Positions 29,747 to 37,913 of a stretch of DNA of 64,000 bases are shown here, one piece after another (the stretch's first letter is position 1; each line of letters starts with the position of its first letter). A model generated the notes under the pieces. That model had not been told where the DNA came from. It saw nothing but the letters and a program-made list of their open reading frames with translations, and did no database searches. The position numbers and the translations under genes were made by a program. The DNA is taken from the NCBI GenBank assembly GCA_049965555.1, contig JBMFWF010000002.1, positions 1 to 64,000 on the forward strand, read 5' to 3'. This DNA comes from Candidatus Parvarchaeum sp. (GTDB taxonomy: Archaea; Nanobdellota; Nanobdellia; Parvarchaeales; Parvarchaeaceae).

Positions 29747-30673
29747 ATGAAGGCAATAGTCACTGGCGGAGCTGGCTTTATAGGCTCACATATTGCTGAA
29801 AGCCTTTTAAAGGAAGGCTATTCAGTCTCTGTAATCGATTCTTTAAACACAGGCAATAAAAACAACCTAAAAGCAATATCCAGTAAAATAAAGTTCATAA
29901 AGGGCAATTCATCGCAGATATCAAAACTTGGAAAAGCCGACATAGTATTCCATGAAGGGATTTATTCATCGACCCCTATGTACAGAAAAGACAATACTTT
30001 GATCGGAAAAGCGATCTCTGAATTTATAGCAGTCTTAAATTACTGTGTAAAAAACAAATGCAAGCTTGTTTTTGCTTCAAGTTCATCTATATACAACGGT
30101 TACCCCCCGCCCCACAAGGAAGACATGCTTCCAAAAGTTAAGGATTTTTACACTGAAGCAAGATACCCAATGGAGAGGCTTGCGGAGCTTTTCAGACAGA
30201 TGTATGGATTGGAGTACTGCGGATTAAGGTATTTCAGTGTGTATGGGGATAGAGAAGAGAGTAAAAAAGAATTCGCGAATATGGTTTCCCAGATAATATG
30301 GAAGGGCTTATTAGATAAAGAATTAGTAATATATGGAGATGGCACACAGAGGAGAGATCTTATAAACATTGCAGATGTTGTATATGCCAACCTGCTTGCT
30401 GCGAAAAGCAAGGAAAATGGGATTTTCAATGTGGGCACAGGAGTGTCATATTCATTTAATGAAATAATAGAAAAAGTAGGAAATGCTATGGGTAAAAAGA
30501 TAAAGGTAAAGAACATTGAAAACCCGCTCAAAAATTATGTAGAAGTGGTTCATGCTGACACTGAAAAAAGCAGGGAAAAGCTGGGTTTCTCTGCAAAGAT
30601 AAAGGCAGAAGAAGGAATAAATATGGCCTTAGATTATTATAAAAAACTCAAGAAAGTACCTGACATATTTTAA
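29747..30673 (+). CDS. NAD-dependent nucleotide-sugar epimerase/dehydratase (extended SDR)
   Basis: VTGGAGFIGSH, FASSSSIY, LRYFSVYG, GDGTQRRD, FNVGTG. The catalytic YxxxK reads YTEAR. Confidence 0.9.
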   Translation: MKAIVTGGAGFIGSHIAESLLKEGYSVSVIDSLNTGNKNNLKAISSKIKFIKGNSSQISKLGKADIVFHEGIYSSTPMYRKDNTLIGKAISEFIAVLNYCVKNKCKLVFASSSSIYNGYPPPHKEDMLPKVKDFYTEARYPMERLAELFRQMYGLEYCGLRYFSVYGDREESKKEFANMVSQIIWKGLLDKELVIYGDGTQRRDLINIADVVYANLLAAKSKENGIFNVGTGVSYSFNEIIEKVGNAMGKKIKVKNIENPLKNYVEVVHADTEKSREKLGFSAKIKAEEGINMALDYYKKLKKVPDIF

Positions 30674-31582
30674 TTACAAAAACTTTATTTTTCCGACAAC
30701 TCTGTTTCTACCGACCGATAAACTTGGATCGGCAATAAGGTAAGTCCCTTTTATTTCAGGTATCTTTCTATTAAAATGTGCATTTACTCTGCTGCCATCT
30801 CTTAAAAGATTGAGGCTTAGAGGTTCACCTAAAAAAGAACATGAAAGCTGTTTAGAGAATGGGTCTTCTTTGTAAAATGGAGAAAGAGTTAACTCTACTT
30901 CCAAAGTATCGTTCACTTTATTTATTGACGACAAAGCATAATTGTTTGAAAGGTCCTGCTCTGAAACATTATTTAACGCAAGGCCTACATGAGAACCAGT
31001 TTCTGCAAAATCATTATCAACGTCCATTATCTGTATGCTTTTTACGCTACACTGCTTTAATGAAGGCAAAAGAAATAGCTTTTCCCCTTTCCTAATCTGT
31101 TGCCCAATAACAAAACCTATTATAACAGACCCTATGCCCTTGACTATAAAATGCTTGTCTATTGAAACGTACTTGAAGTATTTCTCTTTCTGTTTTGTTT
31201 TTTCTACAGATATTTGACTTATATCAGATTTGTTGAACTTCCCCACTTTGTATTTCTCAAAAAACTTGTCAAAAGAATTAATATCAGAGTAATCATCCTT
31301 AAGTACCAGCCCATCTTCTATCCCTGAATTTTCAATACAAAGCGCAAGCTCTGCATCTAATGCATTTATTTCGCTCCCGACAAAAAAATAAACGTAATCT
31401 GAAACCGAAAGTATATAAAGAACAGAAAGCAGCGACTTCGGAAAATCGACTGAATAAAGGATTAAATTATCGTTCTTGTCTAATGCTATCTGTACACCGT
31501 TTATAAGGTCAAGTTTCTTTGATATTATACCCTTCATCTTCTCTTCTTCAATTGGCTTTGAAGACATCAATCCAATTATCAT
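30674..31582 (-). CDS. Archaeal SelB-like/EF-1alpha-related protein with a degenerate G domain
   Basis: EF-Tu domain II motifs IDKHFIVKGIGSVIIG and VKSIQ...A.TG.HVGLAL; C-terminal R.VG; no P-loop. Confidence 0.75.
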   Translation of the reverse strand: MIIGLMSSKPIEEEKMKGIISKKLDLINGVQIALDKNDNLILYSVDFPKSLLSVLYILSVSDYVYFFVGSEINALDAELALCIENSGIEDGLVLKDDYSDINSFDKFFEKYKVGKFNKSDISQISVEKTKQKEKYFKYVSIDKHFIVKGIGSVIIGFVIGQQIRKGEKLFLLPSLKQCSVKSIQIMDVDNDFAETGSHVGLALNNVSEQDLSNNYALSSINKVNDTLEVELTLSPFYKEDPFSKQLSCSFLGEPLSLNLLRDGSRVNAHFNRKIPEIKGTYLIADPSLSVGRNRVVGKIKFL

Positions 31583-31628
31583 CAGTAGCTTAATTCATTC
31601 TATCTTTAAAAATTATACTTTCGCCTGC

Positions 31629-32381
31629 CTATTCTGGCTTCTTAGCGATTATTACCATTCTAGATTTGTTAAAGTAGCCGCTCTCCGGATCATATTCAAA
31701 AACCTCCTTAAAATAATCAATATTGTCATTTAGTATCTTCTTTGCTTTTCTGCCTTCTATGCTGTTTTCACTTACCGGCGACAGCCAAGACTGAAAAGTT
31801 TCCTTTGTCTCAAAAGTCTTAAAATTATCGACTTCAAAGGCATTTTCTTTCAATAACTTAAACCAATAATCCAGAGATTCAGAACTTATATAACTTGTAT
31901 CCCTTGCCTTCTCAAATTTATTGAAGATGTCTTTTTTATCTCCTGTCGGCTTAAGTAAGTCAGTTATGCCGAATTTCCCTCCTTTTTTAAGAACTCTCCA
32001 CACTTCTTCTATGAATTTTCTCTTTTCTTTTATATGATGTGCAACTCTTCTGCAGGTTACTGCATCAAAAACATTGTCTGGAAACGGCATTGACAAGGCA
32101 TCTCCTCTTACAAAAATAACATTATTATAATCCTCATTTTCGGCCTTTCTAACGGCTATTTCAAGCATGTGTTCATTGATATCTAAACCTAGAGAGATGG
32201 CTACCTTCCCAGAGATTTCAAAAGCAACAAAACCTGGGCCGGTACCTACATCCAAAACTTTATAACTTTTCTTTAAATCTAGCATTGAAATAAGTAAATC
32301 CAAATCCTTTCCATGCATGTGGCTCTCGCTACTGGCATATTCCTTTGCATGCCTACTAAAAAATCCTTGTAGAGACTGCAT
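31629..32381 (-). CDS. Class I SAM-dependent methyltransferase (Methyltransf_11-like)
   Basis: VLDVGTGPG, GLD, GDALSMPFPDN.FD, HH, RVLKKGG. Confidence 0.9.
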   Translation of the reverse strand: MQSLQGFFSRHAKEYASSESHMHGKDLDLLISMLDLKKSYKVLDVGTGPGFVAFEISGKVAISLGLDINEHMLEIAVRKAENEDYNNVIFVRGDALSMPFPDNVFDAVTCRRVAHHIKEKRKFIEEVWRVLKKGGKFGITDLLKPTGDKKDIFNKFEKARDTSYISSESLDYWFKLLKENAFEVDNFKTFETKETFQSWLSPVSENSIEGRKAKKILNDNIDYFKEVFEYDPESGYFNKSRMVIIAKKPE

Positions 32382-32437
32382 AATATTGAATAAAAGCCAA
32401 AGGATTAATAGTTTTGTAAAATAGAATTATTCAAAAA

Positions 32438-32511
32438 TGGGCTCGACGGGATTTGAACCCGCAACAATCCGGTTAAGAGCCGGATGCTCTACCGAGTTAA
32501 GCTACGAGCCC
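32438..32511 (-). tRNA. tRNA-Lys(CTT)
   Basis: Reverse complement GGGCTCGTAGCTTAACTCGGTAGAGCATCCGGCT-CTT-AACCGGATTGTTGCGGGTTCAAATCCCGTCGAGCCCA folds as a cloverleaf; no intron, no encoded CCA. Confidence 0.95.
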
Positions 32512-32560
32512 ACTGACAAATCATTTAATTGTGCAAACAATAAAAATGTTTATTTTGTGC

Positions 32561-33145
32561 TTAATGGCCAATATACTTCAAGATAGAATGGTCTACTAGG
32601 TAAAAATCAACGTTTTCCGGTTTCAAATTTTGTATTATATAGCGTATATTTTCCTCTTTATCTTCAAATAAAACTAAGTGATCGTATCTTTTACTTAGTT
32701 TTTCCGTCTCCAATTTTTTCCATTCTTCATCGCGTAATTCGTGATTCTCCGGCAGTATTACCTGCTTATAAGTTAAGCCGTATTTATTTAATAGTTCTTC
32801 AGTCTCTTTCCTAAACTCTTCTCCGCGAGCGCTCATAATTATGAGTTCGTTTCCTTCTTTGATATTCTCTTTTAAATAATCGATAAGCGGTTGATTAGGC
32901 AAAAGCCTGCTGCTGTACGTAGTGTAGGCAAGAGTATACAAATTGTCTTTCCATTTTCTGTTGAAGTCTTTAGGGATCTTGCCTTCTCCTATTATAATCT
33001 CAAGATTATTCAAAATTCCGCAGTAATTCTCTGCTTTTTCCTTAAATGCGGTATCATACAAATCTTTTGCCGCTGATATAATCGCATCTTTATTGAAAAA
33101 AAGAGTATCATCGAAATCGGAGACTAGTACTGATAACTTTCCCAT
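32561..33145 (-). CDS. HAD-superfamily hydrolase
   Basis: Motif I DFDDTL, motif II MSAR, Lys motif WKK, motif IV LFEDK..N. Confidence 0.8.
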   Translation of the reverse strand: MGKLSVLVSDFDDTLFFNKDAIISAAKDLYDTAFKEKAENYCGILNNLEIIIGEGKIPKDFNRKWKDNLYTLAYTTYSSRLLPNQPLIDYLKENIKEGNELIIMSARGEEFRKETEELLNKYGLTYKQVILPENHELRDEEWKKLETEKLSKRYDHLVLFEDKEENIRYIIQNLKPENVDFYLVDHSILKYIGH

Positions 33146-33199
33146 TTTATTTTAAGAAACAGAGAATTTAAATAAATGACATTACTTAAAAGTTTGTAA

Positions 33200-33275
33200 G
33201 GGCCTATGGTCTAGTGGTTATGACGTCTGCCTTACACGCAGAAGGCCGGGAGTTCGAACCTCCCTGGGCCCACCA
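33200..33275 (+). tRNA. tRNA-Val(TAC)
   Basis: GGGCCTATGGTCTAGTGGTTATGACGTCTGCCT-TAC-ACGCAGAAGGCCGGGAGTTCGAACCTCCCTGGGCCCACCA; CCA encoded. Confidence 0.96.
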
Positions 33276-33280
33276 TTAAC

Positions 33281-33556
33281 ATGGCAGAGAAGATAAGATG
33301 CGCGCATATATTGGTAGAAAAACAGTCTGTTGCATACAGCATACTTGAAAAAATAAACAAGGGAGAAAGCTTTTCGAAGCTAGCAGAGCAGTTTTCCATT
33401 GACAGCTCTAGAAGAAGAGGCGGAGATTTAGGGTATTTTGGCAGAGGTGTTATGGTAAAGGAATTTGAAAAAGCCGCGTTTTCTCTGAATAAAGGAGAAG
33501 TTTCTCAGCCTATAAAAACGCAGTTCGGTTATCACATAATTAAGAGATTAGATTAA
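33281..33556 (+). CDS. Parvulin-type peptidyl-prolyl isomerase
   Basis: CAHILV, F.KLA..FS.D.S..RGGDLG.F, MVKEFE..AF, S.PIKTQFGYHII. Confidence 0.95.
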   Translation: MAEKIRCAHILVEKQSVAYSILEKINKGESFSKLAEQFSIDSSRRRGGDLGYFGRGVMVKEFEKAAFSLNKGEVSQPIKTQFGYHIIKRLD

Positions 33557-34017
33557 TCGGAATAAAACTTGTTTCCAAGCAAAGTAGACAGCATCCTTTT
33601 GTATTCCTCTAAAAGGGCTAAATCAATGTAATCTGTTATAAAATCCAGATTATCCTTGCTAGTTTCAATTTCTATTTTTATTATGTTTAAGTTATCAGAA
33701 AAAAGCTTGAATTTTTCAATATCTGAGTATTTTATTACATAAAATGATAGTCTATTCAAGTAATCATAATCGATATTTTTCTGATAATTTTTATCCATCT
33801 TTTCTTTAAAATTAGACAATGATGCGGAAGGCGTGCTTGCGTCTATGACTGCGCCACTTGCCGGCCACATCCCTATTGGAGATTCTGAAAGGATATTATC
33901 AACTTTTGAATCATTCACAAGGAATATTTCAGATGAACTAAAAAACATATAGATTAGCTCCCTGCCTTTAGATGAAAAGGAAAGATTTGGTATAACCCCT
34001 TGTATGAAAGATGCCAT
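33553..34017 (-). CDS. Hypothetical protein
   Basis: 154-aa ORF convergent with the parvulin gene; no motif. Confidence 0.6.
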   Translation of the reverse strand: MASFIQGVIPNLSFSSKGRELIYMFFSSSEIFLVNDSKVDNILSESPIGMWPASGAVIDASTPSASLSNFKEKMDKNYQKNIDYDYLNRLSFYVIKYSDIEKFKLFSDNLNIIKIEIETSKDNLDFITDYIDLALLEEYKRMLSTLLGNKFYSD

Positions 34018-34154
34018 TCATATATTAATCGACTATCGGTAATAAGTTTACGCCTGCGTAATAAAACGTTTCATATCTTTTCTTTTTAACACTTTTGTTT
34101 CTATAAATTTTATATGATACAAATATTAATAATGTATAAATTACTAAATTAAAC

Positions 34155-34457
34155 ATGATAAACGTAGGAATGTACTACAATGTAAAGAAAGGACATGAAA
34201 AAGAATTTGAAGACACTTTCCAGAAAGTAGTTGACTATCTAAAAAACAATGTAAAGGGATTTGAAAAGGCAAGTATATACAAGAAAGTAGGTAATGAAGA
34301 TAGCACAACTGAGTATATGATATACAGCGAGTGGAAAGACGCAGATTCATTCAGAGAGTTCACAACAGCAAAGGCATTCCATGAAACAACAGAATATGGA
34401 AAAACCATAATAGAAGGAAGGCCGTATCACAAGATATTCACTGAATTAAAGGAATAG
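34155..34457 (+). CDS. Antibiotic biosynthesis monooxygenase (ABM/IsdG-like) domain protein
   Basis: Y.VKKG.E.EFE, GF, Y.IYSEW.D..SF..F. Confidence 0.85.
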   Translation: MINVGMYYNVKKGHEKEFEDTFQKVVDYLKNNVKGFEKASIYKKVGNEDSTTEYMIYSEWKDADSFREFTTAKAFHETTEYGKTIIEGRPYHKIFTELKE

Positions 34458-34459
34458 AA

Positions 34460-35083
34460 TTAAAATGATTCTACTTTTCTTCCTACAAATACAGGACTCT
34501 CAACGATTATCCACTTTCTAGCTTCTGCTTTCCTCAGATTTCTTGCTATCTTCATCCATTTTGTAAGTGATTCGACTTCATAAAGAACAAGAAATTCATT
34601 GTCGTCAATCGCAAATGAGTAAGTTGTATATGACCTTATGTTTTCATTGTTTGGATCATTTATAGCCATGTTTACATGCTCTTTCGTTATCCTATTCTGT
34701 TCTTTTTCCCCCAGAAGGTACCATTTCGGATCTTTTTTAACAGGGTATGCTACTAGATACTTTAGCCTGTTATCTTCCTTCAGATAATTGGCATTTGGAT
34801 GTTCATAGATTGAAAGATAACTGTATGTTTCATTCAGTTTATTGGCAAAACGCCCCATCAATTCAGATTTAAATGAAAGCAGAGTGTCAAATGAATCCGC
34901 TATATTGAAAAGTATCAAATCGGCACTATGCTTTATAGAAAGATACTGCCTAGATATAAAGATCCCTTTTCCAGATATTTTTGAGGCAAGTTCATTTATA
35001 CTTTTTACTAACTCTTTTTTGTTTATCTTGCCTTTACTGAAATCAAGCTTGAAGCAGTGCATCGAAACGAACAATTCTTCCAT
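34460..35083 (-). CDS. Chlorite dismutase-like / coproheme decarboxylase family heme protein
   Basis: YPVKK..KWYLL...Q..I..EH, YTTYSF.IDD.EF...YE, LR..EA. Confidence 0.85.
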   Translation of the reverse strand: MEELFVSMHCFKLDFSKGKINKKELVKSINELASKISGKGIFISRQYLSIKHSADLILFNIADSFDTLLSFKSELMGRFANKLNETYSYLSIYEHPNANYLKEDNRLKYLVAYPVKKDPKWYLLGEKEQNRITKEHVNMAINDPNNENIRSYTTYSFAIDDNEFLVLYEVESLTKWMKIARNLRKAEARKWIIVESPVFVGRKVESF

Positions 35084-35084
35084 C

Positions 35085-35615
35085 TTACGGTTTTAAACCT
35101 TCGATCTTTTTGCAATTGCTGTAAAAAAGCAAAGCAAGCATTGTTTTTGTGTCCTTAATTTTACCAGCATACACTTTTTTAATTGCGTCATTAAACTTTA
35201 TTTTTACAGGTGTTATAACTTCGTTTTCATCCAAATTCCTTTCCTTTTTGATAAGATCATAAGCGACATAATAGTATTCGAAATAATCCATCAATGCAGG
35301 GTTATTCCAAGTTTTAAAAAGGAACTTGATTTTATTAGGATAATACCCTGTTTCTTCAGCAAGTTCCCTTCTTACAGCATTTTCTTTGCTTTCGCCTTTG
35401 TCTATTGAACCTGCAGGTATTTCAAGTATTGTTTTGTTCACTGCAAATCGAAACTGCTTTTCCATGATTATCGTATTTTTATCAAGAAAGGGCAGTATAA
35501 CAACTGCATCATTTTTAATTATTCTGAAGTCTTTTAATCTTTTCCCACGTATCTTTGAGTAGCCCTCTTCGATTCTAAGTGTATTAAATGGAGAGTTATA
35601 CACTATAATTCCCAT
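35085..35615 (-). CDS. NUDIX hydrolase (ADP-ribose pyrophosphatase-like)
   Basis: QFRF, EIPAG.ID.GE...AVRRELAEETG Nudix box, LDENE, I.D.KT. Confidence 0.9.
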   Translation of the reverse strand: MGIIVYNSPFNTLRIEEGYSKIRGKRLKDFRIIKNDAVVILPFLDKNTIIMEKQFRFAVNKTILEIPAGSIDKGESKENAVRRELAEETGYYPNKIKFLFKTWNNPALMDYFEYYYVAYDLIKKERNLDENEVITPVKIKFNDAIKKVYAGKIKDTKTMLALLFYSNCKKIEGLKP

Positions 35616-35633
35616 GTATAAACTAAAAAATTC

Positions 35634-36101
35634 TTATATTATAATCTTTAAAACCGGAATGTAGGTTCCATTTACAATTTCGCTGTAACTTGACATGAAA
35701 CTTTTCATCATGTGATTAAATTCCGTCTCTGCAAAATAAAATGACCGCAAGGAACTTTCTATTTTTATAGCATTCATAAAATCCTCCGCCATCCCATGAT
35801 ATAATCTATCCACATAATCAATCGAATTGAAATATGCTTTTTCTATGGCAATTTGATCATGGTATTTATACTCTATTTTTATATTTGAAAGCATTTTACT
35901 GTTTTTTCTTAAGCTTAATAATCTTTCCGCAACCTTTGTAACTATTTCATAATTTTCTATACAAACACCAAGGTTTGATTCTAATACTTCTTTCTCTTTA
36001 AAAGAATCTTCATTAATTAGTTCTTCAAGTCTTTTTCTAGAAAATGAAACAAAATAATCATAGAAACTATATAATCCCGAAGAGCTTTCTTCATTCTTCA
36101 T
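35634..36101 (-). CDS. Hypothetical protein
   Basis: 155-aa ORF with TATA upstream; no motif. Confidence 0.65.
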   Translation of the reverse strand: MKNEESSSGLYSFYDYFVSFSRKRLEELINEDSFKEKEVLESNLGVCIENYEIVTKVAERLLSLRKNSKMLSNIKIEYKYHDQIAIEKAYFNSIDYVDRLYHGMAEDFMNAIKIESSLRSFYFAETEFNHMMKSFMSSYSEIVNGTYIPVLKIII

Positions 36102-36151
36102 ATCTTAATAATCCATTAAGTATATAAAAATAATAACCTCTTAATAGAATT

Positions 36152-36445
36152 ATGACAAAAGATGGCTGCGATATGCGGGGTATGCTTTCCTTTCAAATAC
36201 TTAATATGCTTAAGAAAAATAGACTGTGCGGAGAAGAAATAGCTAGGAAAATCGAAAAATATAGGGGTAAAAAACCTGTAGCAAGTACCATTTACCCTGC
36301 GCTTAAAAGGCTGTCAAATAGCGGCTTGATATGTGGAAAAAGAATGGGAAAAAGAAAAATTTATTCTATTACCAAAAAAGGTCTTTCTGAAGAGAAGAAA
36401 GCACTTAATTACTTTGAAAAGTTATATTCAGAAATCCAAAAATAG
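36152..36445 (+). CDS. PadR-family transcriptional regulator
   Basis: RGML...IL..L, G.EI, STIYPALKRL...GLI, RKIYSIT.KG. Confidence 0.9.
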   Translation: MTKDGCDMRGMLSFQILNMLKKNRLCGEEIARKIEKYRGKKPVASTIYPALKRLSNSGLICGKRMGKRKIYSITKKGLSEEKKALNYFEKLYSEIQK

Positions 36446-36447
36446 GG

Positions 36448-36480
36448 GGACGGGGGCTTTTAAACCCCCGTTTGTTTTTG
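36448..36480 (+). terminator. GC-rich hairpin plus T-tract after the PadR gene
   Basis: ACGGGGG-CTTTTAAA-CCCCCGT followed by TTGTTTTTG directly after the stop codon. Confidence 0.6.
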
Positions 36481-36512
36481 AGGAAATTTTGATAAATATA
36501 ATAAAGTAATAA

Positions 36513-36529
36513 TGGCCCCAAAGGGGCCA
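36513..36529 (-). terminator. GC-rich hairpin just 3' of ftsZ2
   Basis: Perfect 7-bp stem TGGCCCC-AAA-GGGGCCA, 7 nt past the ftsZ2 stop. Confidence 0.5.
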
Positions 36530-36536
36530 AAACTAA

Positions 36537-37637
36537 TTACTTTAGAATCTCTATGCCGAGTTCCTGGTTTATTGCACCAGTAGTCTTAGATAGAGTGTTT
36601 ATCTCTTCAGGCCCCAATAAATAAGGAGAGCTTACTCCCGTTATTATTGTCATGACCCTTAATTTTCCAGACAGAGACTCATCCACCTTTGCACCCCATA
36701 TAACTACTGCATCTGGGTCTAAGGACTGAGTTGCCATCTCACCTATCTGATTCACTTCTGCAAGTGTTAAATCAGGTCCTCCTGAGATGTGTATTAAAGC
36801 TCCCTTTGCGCCTTTGTAGCTCACGTCCAAAAGCGGATTGTTAAGTGCTCTTCTAACTACTTCGGTTACCCTTGAGTCAGAAGCGTCTGTTTCGCCGATT
36901 CCTATTACGGAAACGCCGCCTTTATTCATTATTGCCTTTATGTCTGCGAAGTCAAGGTGCACTAATGCACTTGCGTCTGATATGGTTTCAACTATTCCCT
37001 TTATCATTGTTGCAACCACTTCATTTGCTACATTAAATGCCTGGTCTATCGGCAAATTTCCAGCCATGCTCACCAGTCTGTTATTATCTATTACAATAAC
37101 AGTATCGGAACTGTTTCTCAATTCCTCTAATCCTGCTTCTGCGGATTCTACCCTCTTCCTTTCAGTCTTAAAAGGCATCGTTACAGTGCTTATTACGATT
37201 GAACCCATATCCTTTGCAAGCTTTGCAATTACAGGTGCTGCACCAGTACCTGTTCCGCCGCCAAGGCCTGCGCATACGAAAACTAAGTCTGCCCCTCTCA
37301 AAGCATCTTTAAGTTCCCTTGAAGATTCCTCTGCGGCCATTTTTCCCTTTTCAGGAAAACCGCCGGCTCCTAGTCCCTTAGTCAATTCCTTTCCAATAAG
37401 AATCTTTTTATCCCCATTTCTTGCATTTAACTGTATTTGATCTGTGTTAGCTAGAATTACTTCCGCGCCCTTGACTCCTTTTTTAAAGAGCCAATTGCCC
37501 ATGTTATTTCCGCCGCCGCCGACTCCTACTACTTTTATCAAAGCCTGATTGAATAAAGGTTCGTTCATACCTTCTTCTCTGCTGGCTTTCAATGCGCTTT
37601 CAACAAGCAAATCCATTACCATTTTCCCCTCCATCAC
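36537..37637 (-). CDS. ftsZ: Cell division protein FtsZ (FtsZ2-like)
   Basis: VVGVGGGGNN, GLGAGG.PE.G, GLGGGTGTGAAPV, IDNNRL, VHLDFADI. SD-like GGAGG precedes MVMD, so the start may be a few codons in. Confidence 0.97.
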   Translation of the reverse strand: MMEGKMVMDLLVESALKASREEGMNEPLFNQALIKVVGVGGGGNNMGNWLFKKGVKGAEVILANTDQIQLNARNGDKKILIGKELTKGLGAGGFPEKGKMAAEESSRELKDALRGADLVFVCAGLGGGTGTGAAPVIAKLAKDMGSIVISTVTMPFKTERKRVESAEAGLEELRNSSDTVIVIDNNRLVSMAGNLPIDQAFNVANEVVATMIKGIVETISDASALVHLDFADIKAIMNKGGVSVIGIGETDASDSRVTEVVRRALNNPLLDVSYKGAKGALIHISGGPDLTLAEVNQIGEMATQSLDPDAVVIWGAKVDESLSGKLRVMTIITGVSSPYLLGPEEINTLSKTTGAINQELGIEILK

Positions 37638-37733
37638 ATTAGAAACAAAAGCGAAAGCTTTATATTCCCAATGCGTCTATATTTTATTAAGAAAAACAAG
37701 TAAGTGACCCCAAAACTTACAATGTTGCGATTA

Positions 37734-37763
37734 AAATTTGAATGTTCCCCAACATTCAAATTT
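37734..37763. repeat. Perfect 13-bp inverted repeat in the ftsZ2/gatD spacer
   Basis: AAATTTGAATGTT-CCCC-AACATTCAAATTT. Confidence 0.85.
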
Positions 37764-37913
37764 CTATTTTATTTAAATAACTATAATAATTGTTATTCAT
37801 TTAAAAAGTTTATTGTCATTTAGTATACACTTTCTTTTGTGACTATTAAAACTCTAGGCTGTGCAAAAATAAGAAATGAAAAGAGTTAAAACATTATAGC
37901 GGTAATTATTGTA

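Noticed and set aside
30674-31582. Selenocysteine machinery (true SelB)
   Set aside because: There is no G-domain P-loop, no tRNA-Sec or selD, and no in-frame TGA candidate in the window.
34460-35083. Bona fide chlorite dismutase for perchlorate respiration
   Set aside because: No signal peptide and no reductase genes nearby; most family members are coproheme decarboxylases or uncharacterised heme proteins.
36448-36473. Hairpin as an IS200/IS605 end or MITE
   Set aside because: No tnpA/tnpB remnant, second copy or target duplication is visible; its position right after a stop codon fits a terminator.
37638-37913. cdrS-like small regulator upstream of ftsZ2
   Set aside because: I could not read a plausible ribbon-helix-helix ORF; the region is stop-rich and holds inverted repeats.
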